Source: Bacteroidota bacterium (lineage in GTDB: Bacteria > Bacteroidota > Bacteroidia > Bacteroidales > NBLH01). Taken from it: a stretch of 64,000 bases of DNA. Shown one piece after another: positions 1 through 10,060 of the stretch. The first letter of the stretch is position 1. Each line of letters opens with the position of its first letter. The notes under the pieces were generated by a model that searched no databases, had not been told where the DNA came from, and was given only the letters and a program-made list of their open reading frames with translations. Location of the stretch: assembly GCA_025361565.1 (NCBI GenBank), contig JANYKN010000004.1:2012-66011 (forward strand), given 5' to 3'. The position numbers were made by a program, and so were the translations under genes.

Positions 1-1685
1 GTTCCATTTTCGTGCGTAAATTTTATTGCATTGCTAAGTAAATTTCTAATTACGGTATCAATCATATAATTATCCAACTTGCAGACTAGCTCAGGTGAAA
101 GCAAATTTTGGATTGATATTTTTTTGTCATCGGCCTTTCCTTGAAGCAAATTAATGTTATTTTCAACAATATGGTAAATATTATAGATTACTGGATTAAA
201 AATAATTGAACCTTGCTGAGATCTGGCCCAAGTTAAAAGGTTTTCTAGCAAAGTATAAGTTTGTTGCGACGAAGTGTTTATAACCAAAAGAATGTCCATC
301 AATTTTTCATCAATTTCATTTTGGTATTTTTCGATGATCAGATTGGTAAAAGTATGGAAATTGCCTATTGGTCCACGTAAATCATGTGCAATGATTGAAA
401 AGAATTTATCTTTAGTAGCATTTGCAAGGAATAACTCGTCATGCTGTTTTAAAATGGCTTCATTTTTACTTTCAATATCCTGCTTTTGAATTATTAGAAG
501 CTTATTTTTTTTAGCAATTGTTTTAAAGTTTCTCGCAAGGGCAATTATAAAAATAAAAACGATTACAAAAAAACCAAATAGGCAGTATATTAGCACTTTA
601 CTCCAATAAAGTTTTAATTTTTGATTGTTAATATCCTGTTGCATTTTGTACTCAAGATATTTATATTTTTGATCAAACTCTTTTTTCATATCGAGTTGTT
701 TATACTCGGCAATCAAATTTGAACTTTTAACACTATCGTTCATTGCTTTAAAAGTGTTAAAGTACGACAAAGCTGTTTTGTAATCTTTGCGTTCGGTGTA
801 GATATCGCTTAAAAGTTTGGCTGCATCGCGCATTTCGATATGCAAATTTAATTTATCTGCTAATTGTAAGCCTTGCTTGTAAAAGTCAATCGCTTTTTCA
901 ATATTATTTTCGCCTTGATATGTTTTACCAATTAAAATTAGGCGGTTTGGAATACTAAAGTTAGCGCGAATTTTAAGCTGTGCAGTATCCATTTTTTCAA
1001 AATATTTTCTGGCTTCTGCAAAACTACCTTTTTCAAGTAGATCTGAACCTATATTTTGCAATAGACCGGTAACAAACGCTTGATCGTTTAGTTTTTCACG
1101 AATTTCCAGCGCTAAAAAATGATATAGGACTGCCTCATCGAATTTTTTTTGGCTGAGCATTGCAAATCCCATTTGATTATAAGCATATGCAAGCCCCTTT
1201 ATATTATTGATTGATTTAAATAATTCAATGGCTTCTTTTAATGAAATTATTGCAGAATCAAGATTTCCTGTCAGACTGTATATTTCGCCTAAATTATTAA
1301 GTGCGTAGGCTTTTTCTGTTGGAATATTTAAACTGTCTGCAAAATGATATGCCATCTTTATTTGAACTTTGGCTTTATCAAATGATTTTATTTTAATGGC
1401 CAATACCCCAATATAATTATGCAAAACGGCTATATCATTGTTTCTTCCTAACTTTTCTGCTAGCGCAAGTCCATCAAAACCAAATTCAAAACCTTGGAGT
1501 GAACCTGAAAATCTGCATTCCCAAGTAAGGTTCTTTAGTGCATTTAATTTAATAGTATCAATGTGGCTTTTTGTAAGCCTTACCAGACTATCATATTTAA
1601 AATCGTTTATTTGACCAATTAAATCTATTTTGATAAATAGTATAATGCCAATAAAAAGGCCGTACTTAATTACAGTTTTTCGCAT
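1..1685 (-). CDS. TPR-repeat transmembrane sensor histidine kinase (N-terminal part and kinase core; C-terminus lies off the window)
   Basis: Hand translation of the minus strand from the ATG at 1685-1683 gives MRKTVIKYGLFIGIILF..., open to the window edge. It has TPR-like repeats, a TM segment VLIYCLFGFFVIVFIFIIAL, a coiled coil, the H-box FFSIIAHDLRGP and the N-box IRNLLSNAIKFT. It is absent from the ORF track because it is truncated by the window edge. Confidence 0.85.
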   Translation of the reverse strand, partial: MRKTVIKYGLFIGIILFIKIDLIGQINDFKYDSLVRLTKSHIDTIKLNALKNLTWECRFSGSLQGFEFGFDGLALAEKLGRNNDIAVLHNYIGVLAIKIKSFDKAKVQIKMAYHFADSLNIPTEKAYALNNLGEIYSLTGNLDSAIISLKEAIELFKSINNIKGLAYAYNQMGFAMLSQKKFDEAVLYHFLALEIREKLNDQAFVTGLLQNIGSDLLEKGSFAEARKYFEKMDTAQLKIRANFSIPNRLILIGKTYQGENNIEKAIDFYKQGLQLADKLNLHIEMRDAAKLLSDIYTERKDYKTALSYFNTFKAMNDSVKSSNLIAEYKQLDMKKEFDQKYKYLEYKMQQDINNQKLKLYWSKVLIYCLFGFFVIVFIFIIALARNFKTIAKKNKLLIIQKQDIESKNEAILKQHDELFLANATKDKFFSIIAHDLRGPIGNFHTFTNLIIEKYQNEIDEKLMDILLVINTSSQQTYTLLENLLTWARSQQGSIIFNPVIYNIYHIVENNINLLQGKADDKKISIQNLLSPELVCKLDNYMIDTVIRNLLSNAIKFTHENG

Positions 1686-1791
1686 ATTGCGGTAGAAATT
1701 TACTCCAATTCTTTAGGCGGCAATTTAATCATTTATGTTCGACTTTTAATGCAACTTGTTCATAATGATGAATAATGTTATAAAGTGGCAT

Positions 1792-3672
1792 TTAATTCTT
1801 ATATTTTAAAATCCCAAATTCAATATAGGTTTCGTTTCCTGGCTGATGAAACACTCGATGAGTCGCTTTGATAAAATCATCAGGTTTTGCCTGATAAATA
1901 TTTTCAATATATTTTTGTGGATTGACGTCTATCAAAGGAAACCAGCTACTCTGGATTTGGATCATTATACGGTGTCCCTTTTTAAAACAATGGAGAACAT
2001 CCAACAATTCAAGATCAATTTTTTCGATTTTATTTGGTGTAAAAGGGGTCGGGTTTACATTACTATTTCTAAATCGTCCTCTAATTACTTCACTACGAAC
2101 CATTTGCTGATATTCACCCATTTTCATTCCTTTTCGTGTTGTGGAGTTATCCTTGGATTCTGCAGGATAAACGTCAATAATTTTTACAACCCAATCGGCA
2201 TCTCCACCAGAAGTTGAAACCATTAAATGCGCTTGTGTTGGACCTGCTAAAGTGATTTCATTCTCCAGTGCATTAGTTTGATATACAAGTACATCCGATC
2301 GCTTTGAGGCAAATCGTTGATCATCAGTCATATATTCTTTAGTCATGCCAAAATCAATATCCTCAGTATAGGGAACTGGTTTATGCGGGTCACTAATAAA
2401 TTCATCAAAGTAATTTTCGGTTGATTTTGGGGGATCAAAAGTTAAATTTTCATTTTCATGAATGTATAATTTTCTGTTTTCTAAATCTTTAGGAGGCCAT
2501 TGATCAAACTTTTTCCATTCATTTTTCCCTGTCATAAACATATTGGCCTCGGCAAGATTTAACTTTCCCTCATCTTTAAGATAATAGTTGAAAAACGGTA
2601 GTTCAATACTATCGCGATAATACATGGATGCTTTGATATCGAAAGAAACATTGCCTAAAAACGAACCATCTGTGCGTGCCCAGCCTCCGTGTATCCAAGG
2701 GCCTATTACAATTGAATTATTAGCGCCAGGATTGTTTTTTTCTATGCTTTGATAGGTTTTAAAAGTGCCATACAAATCTTCAGCATCAAACCAACCACCA
2801 ACAACCAGTACTGCTGGTTTTATATTTTTCAAATGAGGGATTATGTTTCGTTTTTGCCAAAAATCGTCATAGTTTGGATGGTTAACTAATTCGTTCCAAA
2901 AGGCAATACTATCGCCAAAATATCGAGATTTTACATTACTAAGTGGGCCAAGATCTGAAAAAAAACTGTAGCCATCAGGAGTTACAAAATCATATGCAGA
3001 CACCCAATTTTGTGTCAGTCCGTGCTTAGGAAGATCTATTGCTGATAGAAATTTAAAGTTTGCGGCCAGAAAGAAAGCACCATGATGATGCATATCATCA
3101 AAAAACCAATCGCCTATTGGAGCCTGCGGTGACACACATTTTAAAGCAGGATGCGCATTAATGGCGGCGCACGAAGTATAATATCCAGGATAGGAGATAC
3201 CCCACATACCTACTTTGCCATTGTTGTTATTAATATTTTTAATCAGCCAGTCAATAGTGTCATAGGCATCGGAACCTTCGTCTACATCTGTTTTTGACTT
3301 TTTGTTGTCGATAAAAGGTGGCATATGCCTGAAATTTCCTTCGGACATGAAACGACCTCTAACATCTTGAAAAACAAAAATATACCCTTCGCGCAAGAAA
3401 GCTGGAAACAATCCCCTGCGGAATGAAAATCCCATTTCGGCACCATATGGGGCAACATTATAAGGCGTTCTGTTGAACAGCACAGGATATTTTTTAGTTT
3501 CATCCTTGGGAGTATAAACTATGGTAAAGAGTTTAACACCATCTCGCATAGGTATCTGATATTCAGCTTTGTTGTAATGCTGAACAAGGTATAAAGAGTC
3601 TTCATTTACAGTTATTGCAGCAAATATTTTGATGCTAATTAAGAGGAATATTATGGGTAAGTATTTTTTCAT
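1792..3672 (-). CDS. CocE/NonD family hydrolase (S15 Xaa-Pro dipeptidyl-peptidase-like), secreted
   Basis: 626 aa with a signal peptide (MKKYLPIIFLLISIKIFA), the nucleophile motif GISYPGY and the typical family length with a C-terminal beta-sandwich region. Confidence 0.75.
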   Translation of the reverse strand: MKKYLPIIFLLISIKIFAAITVNEDSLYLVQHYNKAEYQIPMRDGVKLFTIVYTPKDETKKYPVLFNRTPYNVAPYGAEMGFSFRRGLFPAFLREGYIFVFQDVRGRFMSEGNFRHMPPFIDNKKSKTDVDEGSDAYDTIDWLIKNINNNNGKVGMWGISYPGYYTSCAAINAHPALKCVSPQAPIGDWFFDDMHHHGAFFLAANFKFLSAIDLPKHGLTQNWVSAYDFVTPDGYSFFSDLGPLSNVKSRYFGDSIAFWNELVNHPNYDDFWQKRNIIPHLKNIKPAVLVVGGWFDAEDLYGTFKTYQSIEKNNPGANNSIVIGPWIHGGWARTDGSFLGNVSFDIKASMYYRDSIELPFFNYYLKDEGKLNLAEANMFMTGKNEWKKFDQWPPKDLENRKLYIHENENLTFDPPKSTENYFDEFISDPHKPVPYTEDIDFGMTKEYMTDDQRFASKRSDVLVYQTNALENEITLAGPTQAHLMVSTSGGDADWVVKIIDVYPAESKDNSTTRKGMKMGEYQQMVRSEVIRGRFRNSNVNPTPFTPNKIEKIDLELLDVLHCFKKGHRIMIQIQSSWFPLIDVNPQKYIENIYQAKPDDFIKATHRVFHQPGNETYIEFGILKYKN

Positions 3673-3871
3673 TTATATTTTTTTTAATTACAAAAATCCA
3701 GTTAAAGGTAATTCCGGTATATCTGATGTTTTTATCTGCAATTATACCCAACATTTATTTGATTCGCAAATTATGCAAAATTGGGAACAATGTTTTATAT
3801 ACAAACATTATTTTAAACCAATTTTATTTTAGTACCTTCATGCAATTAAAATTGAAATAAACGATATAAAA

Positions 3872-4741
3872 ATGCAAACAATTTTAGGAGCAAATGGAGT
3901 GATTGCCAATGAGATATCACTGGTACTTCCAAAATATACAGATAGAATACGTCAGGTGAGCCGTCATCCATATAAAATTAATGAAAATGATGATTTGATG
4001 GTTGCAGATCTGACAAATTACGATCAGACCGAAAAAGCGGTAAGTGGTTCTGAAATAGTCTATTTGACAGTTGGTTTGACTTACAACACTAAAATCTGGG
4101 GCGAAAAATGGCCCATCATCATGCATAATGTGATTGATGCCTGTAAAAAACATGGTTCTAAATTGGTTTTTTTCGACAATGTTTATATGTACGGAAAAGT
4201 AAATGGTTGGATGACAGAAGAATCGCCATATAATCCATCAAGTAAAAAAGGTAATCTTAAAGCTCAAATTGCCAGATCTGCTGATTTTTATGGTAAGTCG
4301 CCTTTGAGTTATATTGGACTGATGGTTTTCGAAAAATTTGCCAAACAAAAAAGAGCACAATTAATGATAAGTGATCAATTTATCCATTCATTTACTTATA
4401 TTCCTGATGCAGGGAAAGCAACAGCTTTGCTGGGAAATACTGATTCGGCTTATAATCAGATTTGGCATTTGCCTACCGATAAAAATGTAATAACAGGGAA
4501 AGAATTTGTTGAAATGGCAGCCAAAGCATTTGATTGTAAGCCAAATTATATGATCTTGAAAAAATGGATGATTAATATGGCTGCTTTATTCGATCCAATT
4601 GTAAAAGAATCTATTGAAATGCTCTATCAACTTGAAGATGATTATTTGTTTGACAGCAGTAAATTTGATGCTGCATTCGATTATAAAACAACCACATATG
4701 AAAAAGGAATGATTGAAACTGCATTAATTTATGGACTTTAA
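3872..4741 (+). CDS. NAD(P)-binding epimerase/dehydratase (SDR) family protein
   Basis: 289 aa with an N-terminal Rossmann-like ILGANGVIA, plus the LVFFDNVYMYG and WHLP motifs typical of atypical SDRs. Confidence 0.55.
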   Translation: MQTILGANGVIANEISLVLPKYTDRIRQVSRHPYKINENDDLMVADLTNYDQTEKAVSGSEIVYLTVGLTYNTKIWGEKWPIIMHNVIDACKKHGSKLVFFDNVYMYGKVNGWMTEESPYNPSSKKGNLKAQIARSADFYGKSPLSYIGLMVFEKFAKQKRAQLMISDQFIHSFTYIPDAGKATALLGNTDSAYNQIWHLPTDKNVITGKEFVEMAAKAFDCKPNYMILKKWMINMAALFDPIVKESIEMLYQLEDDYLFDSSKFDAAFDYKTTTYEKGMIETALIYGL

Positions 4742-5034
4742 ATTTGAAATTCGAAATTTGAGCTTTGTTATTTGAATTTTGATATTTATACCTCTAAATT
4801 TATTAAAATATCGTTAATTATATTTAAATCTAAATAAGGATAATTTTTATCAATTAATAAATTTAAAATGAAATAAATCAATTAGTTAGCGTATATTTTT
4901 TATTATTCAATTGATATATTTAAATATAACCATAATCTTTATTCTTATTTAATTTCCCTAATTTTGTATTTTAACGATGAAAGCTTATCATTGCAGTAAA
5001 ATTCAATGTTTGGGTTTTCGCAAATGTATATGAA

Positions 5035-7497
5035 ATGATTTTTAAAAACAATTTAGAGAAGATGGCCTTGATCACCAAAGATCAAAGTTTTTCGTATAGA
5101 GAATTATTTACAAAAATAAATACCTTTTCTCAATTATTTGAAAATAAGCAATATACTAAAGTTGCTATTTTTTCCGAGAATCGTGCTGATTGGGTTTTTG
5201 CATTTTATGCCGCTTTACAAAATGATTGTATTGTTGTGCCTATTGATTCAGGTGCGGCTGTAGATGATATTAACTATATATTAAACGATTGCAGACCTGA
5301 ACTCATTTTCACAAGTAAAGATTTAAAATTCAAGCTTTTAGAGACAAAACAGAAATTAACCTACCAAAACGATGTGGTTGTTTTTGATGAGTTGGAATTA
5401 TCCGAATCAAAAAGCCAATATTTATGGGATGGACCAAAGGATTTGAAAAAAACGGCTTTAATAATCTATACTTCAGGAACTACTGGGAGCCCCAAAGGAG
5501 TAATGCTTTCATTTGTAAACATAAAATCGAACATAAAAGCAGTTTCGGAAGATGTTATCATTTATACTCAAGACAGGCAGGTTTTGATGTTGCTTCCAAT
5601 GCACCATGTTTTTCCATTGATTGGATCTATGATGTCGCCCATTGTAGTTGGGGGAACAGTTGTTATGTCACCTTCTATGCAATCGCCCGATTTACTTGAA
5701 ACCTTAAAAAACAATGAGGTAAGAATCATGATTGGTGTGCCCCGATTATATGAATTACTATATAAAAGCTTAAAAACCAAGATATTTGCAAGTTTGGCAG
5801 GAAGGGTTTTTTATTCGATCGTGAAAATTTCAGGAAGCAAATCGCTTGCTAAAAAAATATTTAAAAAAGTATATGATGGCTTAGGTGGCCATTTGGAATA
5901 TATGATTGCTGGTGGTGCAGCTTTAAATCCCGAAGTTTGTAACTTTTTTAAAACGCTTGGATTTGAAATTCTTGAAGGATTTGGAATGACCGAAGCTTCG
6001 CCAATGATTACTTTTACGCGTCCTGGAAGAATATTAATAGGCTCACCAGGTGAAATATTACCTGGGTTGCTGCTCGAAATCCGAGATGGTGAAATTGTTG
6101 CCAAAGGCGATAACGTGATGCAAGGCTATTACAACAAACCCGAGGAAACTGCCGAAACCATTAAGGATGGTTGGTTATACACCGGTGATTTGGGTTATAT
6201 GGATAAAAAAGGCTTTTTGCACATTACCGGAAGAAAAAAAGATATTATTGTGCTTGCCAATGGTAAAAATATTAGCCCTGTTGAAATTGAAAATAAGCTC
6301 ACACTTAAAATTCCAGCTGTTAAAGAAGCCGCAGTATTTATGCACCATGAGCAACTTCATGCAGTTATTGTTCCTGATTTTAAATATTTGACCGACAATG
6401 AAATTAAAGATCCACAGATTTACTTTAAAGAAAAAGTTTTACCTGATTTTAATAAAGATTTAAGTTCCTACAAGCGCGTTATGCAATTTTCTTTGATTAA
6501 AGAAGAATTACCGCGAACAAAACTTGGAAAAATTCAGCGCTTTAAGTTGGCTGAATTACTTGAAAATACTGGAAAAAAATCTAAAAATCAGGAACATCCC
6601 GATAGTGAAGAATATAAACTTATAAGGAGTTTTATCGAAAATGAAGTAGATACTGAAATATCTCCAGATGACCACATTGAATACGATATTGCCCTTGATT
6701 CACTAGGTAAATTAAGTCTTATTGATTTTATTGAGCGTACTTTTGGTGTAAAACTGAATGAAGAAAATTTATTAAGCTTTCCATCTGTAAAACAATTGGT
6801 TGAACATGTTAAGAATAACAAAATATGGCATAAGATTGAATCGATTAACTGGACAGAGAGTTTAAAAGAAAAAGTGAACTTAAAACTGCCAAAAACATGG
6901 CCTACGCTTACTTTGTTTAAAAATACGGCTAAAGGATTTTTTAAAGTTTATTTTAGGTTTAAAGGGTATGGATATAAAAATGTGCCTGAAGGAGCCTGCA
7001 TTATTGCTCCTAATCATCAAAGCTTTTTTGACGGTTTGTTTGTTGCGGTATTCCTTAAAAGAAAAACAATGAACGCGACTTATTTTTATGCAAAAAAAGA
7101 GCATGTAAATAACTGGTTCTTAAAGTTTATGGCAAAAAAGAATAATATTATTGTCATGGATTTGAATAAAGGATTACAGGAATCCATTCAAAAAATGGCT
7201 GAAGTGTTACGAAAAGGTAAAAAAATTATTATTTTTCCCGAAGGAACCAGAACTACCGATGGTTTGCTTGGAGAATTTAAAAAGACTTTTGCCATTTTAA
7301 GCACCGAACTAAATGTTCCGGTTATTCCTGTGGCAATCAAAGGAGCTTATGATGCTTTGCCAAAAGGTAGCAAAATACCTAAGATTTTTAGCCGCATTGA
7401 AGTCAATTTTTTAGAGGCAGTTTATCCTAAACAATTTAATATGGATACATTAACACTGGAAGTTCAACAAAAAATTGATCATGTGTTAAGCAAGTAA
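5035..7497 (+). CDS. Tri-domain fusion: acyl-AMP/CoA ligase (adenylation) + phosphopantetheine carrier-like domain + PlsC-type lysophospholipid acyltransferase
   Basis: 820 aa. AMP-binding cores are IIYTSGTTGSPKGVML, GWLYTGDLGYMDKKGFLHITGRKKD and PRTKLGKIQR. The carrier motif ALDSLGKLSLIDFIE has its Ser codon at 6700-6702. The acyltransferase HX4D motif is NHQSFFD (His codon 7015-7017), with FPEGTRT. Confidence 0.8.
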   Translation: MIFKNNLEKMALITKDQSFSYRELFTKINTFSQLFENKQYTKVAIFSENRADWVFAFYAALQNDCIVVPIDSGAAVDDINYILNDCRPELIFTSKDLKFKLLETKQKLTYQNDVVVFDELELSESKSQYLWDGPKDLKKTALIIYTSGTTGSPKGVMLSFVNIKSNIKAVSEDVIIYTQDRQVLMLLPMHHVFPLIGSMMSPIVVGGTVVMSPSMQSPDLLETLKNNEVRIMIGVPRLYELLYKSLKTKIFASLAGRVFYSIVKISGSKSLAKKIFKKVYDGLGGHLEYMIAGGAALNPEVCNFFKTLGFEILEGFGMTEASPMITFTRPGRILIGSPGEILPGLLLEIRDGEIVAKGDNVMQGYYNKPEETAETIKDGWLYTGDLGYMDKKGFLHITGRKKDIIVLANGKNISPVEIENKLTLKIPAVKEAAVFMHHEQLHAVIVPDFKYLTDNEIKDPQIYFKEKVLPDFNKDLSSYKRVMQFSLIKEELPRTKLGKIQRFKLAELLENTGKKSKNQEHPDSEEYKLIRSFIENEVDTEISPDDHIEYDIALDSLGKLSLIDFIERTFGVKLNEENLLSFPSVKQLVEHVKNNKIWHKIESINWTESLKEKVNLKLPKTWPTLTLFKNTAKGFFKVYFRFKGYGYKNVPEGACIIAPNHQSFFDGLFVAVFLKRKTMNATYFYAKKEHVNNWFLKFMAKKNNIIVMDLNKGLQESIQKMAEVLRKGKKIIIFPEGTRTTDGLLGEFKKTFAILSTELNVPVIPVAIKGAYDALPKGSKIPKIFSRIEVNFLEAVYPKQFNMDTLTLEVQQKIDHVLSK

Positions 7498-7562
7498 AAG
7501 CTTAATTTATAATTAAACGGCATATATTTCAAGTTCAATGATTTATGTGCCGTTTTCTATTT

Positions 7563-9989
7563 TTAAAATGTCATTGACAATCTCAAATTAAACCTTCTTG
7601 CACTTAAGTGGTTAGGTACTGCAAAACTTGCATAATTGTCGTTGCCAATCACCGCTGTATTCGGAACAACTGTAACCCAGTTATATGAAATTGTATTGTT
7701 AATTCCCAATAAATTAAAGACTTCAATATTTAGCAATACGGTTTTGAATGTATTAATGAAGCGAGAAGTGTATTGTTTTTCTTCTTGTTTAAGGATAATT
7801 GAAAAACCGATATCGGCACGTTTATAGGCGGGCATTTTAAGCGGTGCATAATATGTTTCGTTATTTGGTGGTCCAAAAGGCAGGCCACTTAAGTAAAATA
7901 ATGCCAAATACATTTTAAATCGCTTATTACCAGGAATATAATCCTGGAAAAAAAGGCTTACATTTACCAAATGGTCATTCGGAAGTGGTTGTGTGCCCAA
8001 TGTATCACCATTAATATTGATTCCCGATTTCATTAATGACAAGCTTAACCATGAATCGGTACCTTCAACAAATTCTCCATTTAACCGTAAGTCAAGTCCA
8101 CCAGCATAACCTTCGCCAGTTTTGTTTGGGTAATAGTTTATTCTGATATTGTCAACACTGTATGGTATTATTTGTTTCAGGTTTTTATAATACATTTCTG
8201 CTTTAAAATGAAATGGACGATTCAGCATTTTAAAATCATAATCGCCAGAAAGAGTGTAATGTATAGAATATGGAGTATTAATGCCTGTATTCATTATTCC
8301 TTGTCTGTCAATCATTTCGCGATAAAAAACTGGCTGATAATACAAACCAGTACCAAACCGCAAATACAGATTTGAGTTATTTTTGGGATATAGGCCAAAT
8401 GAAATTCTTGGACTAACTAAAAATTGTTTATTTACATCGCACCAACTTATTCTTGCACCATATTCAACGTTCCATGAGATATTTTTATCTGCTTTATAGT
8501 TAACCTGAAAAAAGGAAGCTAAGCGGTTCGAATTCAAACTATTTTGTGAATGCCAGTAGTCTGCGAGTTCTAAATTGTCTTTACCAGAAGGAATAGAATA
8601 TCCGGCTGAATCAATCATTTTCCATTCATTTACCTTATCCTGAACCTGCTCATTTTGATATTTAAAACCCCATTGAATATAGTGGTTTCCAGCCTGTAAC
8701 TTGCCTACATGGTTAATATTTGTGATAAATGCTTCGAAATAACTTCTGGCATGATCTATAAATCGACCTATTCCAAGGTTTAGAATACTATCGCCAAAAG
8801 TGGAGGAGCCAAGTTCTTTGTCGAGCTGATTGAGCGAATACCTGCCATCGATATCATAAGTCAGGGCTTCGCTGTTTTTGTATACTGAACTTGTTAATTT
8901 CAGGTCCAATTTATCTGAAGGCCGGTAATCAAATGTAAGACCACTCATTTCTGAAGTAAATTTATCCTTTTCATTTCCTTCAAAATCAACATATAGGTTC
9001 AAAGCCTCATTTGTTGTTCCAAATGATGTGGTTCTGTCTTCGGGTAAAAAAAGATAATTATTGTTGGCGTAATAGGCTAGAAGATTTATGCTTAATTTAT
9101 TCGTTAATTTATAACCAAGCAAAGTCTGGAAATCCAGAAAATTGGGTTTGTATTCGCCCTGGGTTTCAAGTGTGTTCAGCAAATATTGCGAATTTTTATA
9201 ACGAACGCCTGCCAAGTAAGTAAATTTTTGTTTAAAACTACTTCCTTCAAAATGAGCTGAAGCACCCAATAAACTTAAACTTGTACTGGCTTTAAATGCA
9301 GTTGGTTTTTTATATCGGATATCAAGCACCGAAGACATTTTATCGCCATACATGGCACTGAAACCACCTGCTGAAAATTCAACTTTTGAAACTAAATCTG
9401 AGTTTACCATATCCAATCCTTCTTGTTGTCCACTTTGAAGAAGCATTGGCCTAAATACTTCTATTCCATTTATATAAACAAGATTTTCGTCGAAACTTCC
9501 TCCCCTTACAGAATAAGTAGAACTCATTTCGTTTGCTGACGCCACTCCGGGAAGCGTTTTAATGAAAGTTTGTATTTGATTACCTGAGATATTTGGGATA
9601 TTTTCGAGCAATAAGGGCTCAATATTCATCAAGCCAGCTTCTTTTGCCTTTTGATCAGTAATTGTTACTTCCGAAAGTTCTTCGTCTTTATTTTCGAGTA
9701 CAATATCTAACTTAAGTATTTCTTTTTGCGCAATAATTGCAATCTCTTTTTCAACAAAATTAAATCCTGAAAAAATTAATGTCACATTATTTTGACCTTT
9801 AAAATTGATGCTATAATTTCCGTCTTTATCAGTTGTTGTTCCCTGGGTTGAACCCAAAACACGAATATTTAACATTTCAATGGCATCTCCTTCTTTATTT
9901 GTTACTGTGCCATTTACAGTCCATTCGTTCTGTGAATAAATTTTACCTGCAAAAAGCGATAATATAAGGATAAGCGTCCATCTTGTCAT
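7563..9989 (-). CDS. TonB-dependent outer-membrane receptor with N-terminal CarboxypepD_reg-like domain
   Basis: 808 aa with a signal peptide, VNGTVTNKEGDAIEMLNIRVLGSTQGTTTDKDGNYSINF, a plug-like region, long beta-strand alternation and a C-terminal aromatic residue (RLSMTF). Confidence 0.75.
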   Translation of the reverse strand: MTRWTLILILSLFAGKIYSQNEWTVNGTVTNKEGDAIEMLNIRVLGSTQGTTTDKDGNYSINFKGQNNVTLIFSGFNFVEKEIAIIAQKEILKLDIVLENKDEELSEVTITDQKAKEAGLMNIEPLLLENIPNISGNQIQTFIKTLPGVASANEMSSTYSVRGGSFDENLVYINGIEVFRPMLLQSGQQEGLDMVNSDLVSKVEFSAGGFSAMYGDKMSSVLDIRYKKPTAFKASTSLSLLGASAHFEGSSFKQKFTYLAGVRYKNSQYLLNTLETQGEYKPNFLDFQTLLGYKLTNKLSINLLAYYANNNYLFLPEDRTTSFGTTNEALNLYVDFEGNEKDKFTSEMSGLTFDYRPSDKLDLKLTSSVYKNSEALTYDIDGRYSLNQLDKELGSSTFGDSILNLGIGRFIDHARSYFEAFITNINHVGKLQAGNHYIQWGFKYQNEQVQDKVNEWKMIDSAGYSIPSGKDNLELADYWHSQNSLNSNRLASFFQVNYKADKNISWNVEYGARISWCDVNKQFLVSPRISFGLYPKNNSNLYLRFGTGLYYQPVFYREMIDRQGIMNTGINTPYSIHYTLSGDYDFKMLNRPFHFKAEMYYKNLKQIIPYSVDNIRINYYPNKTGEGYAGGLDLRLNGEFVEGTDSWLSLSLMKSGININGDTLGTQPLPNDHLVNVSLFFQDYIPGNKRFKMYLALFYLSGLPFGPPNNETYYAPLKMPAYKRADIGFSIILKQEEKQYTSRFINTFKTVLLNIEVFNLLGINNTISYNWVTVVPNTAVIGNDNYASFAVPNHLSARRFNLRLSMTF

Positions 9990-10060
9990 AAATGCAAATG
10001 TAGAATAATGAAAATTGAAAATTTTTTATATATTCTTAAAATTGATTTTTTTGATGCTTA

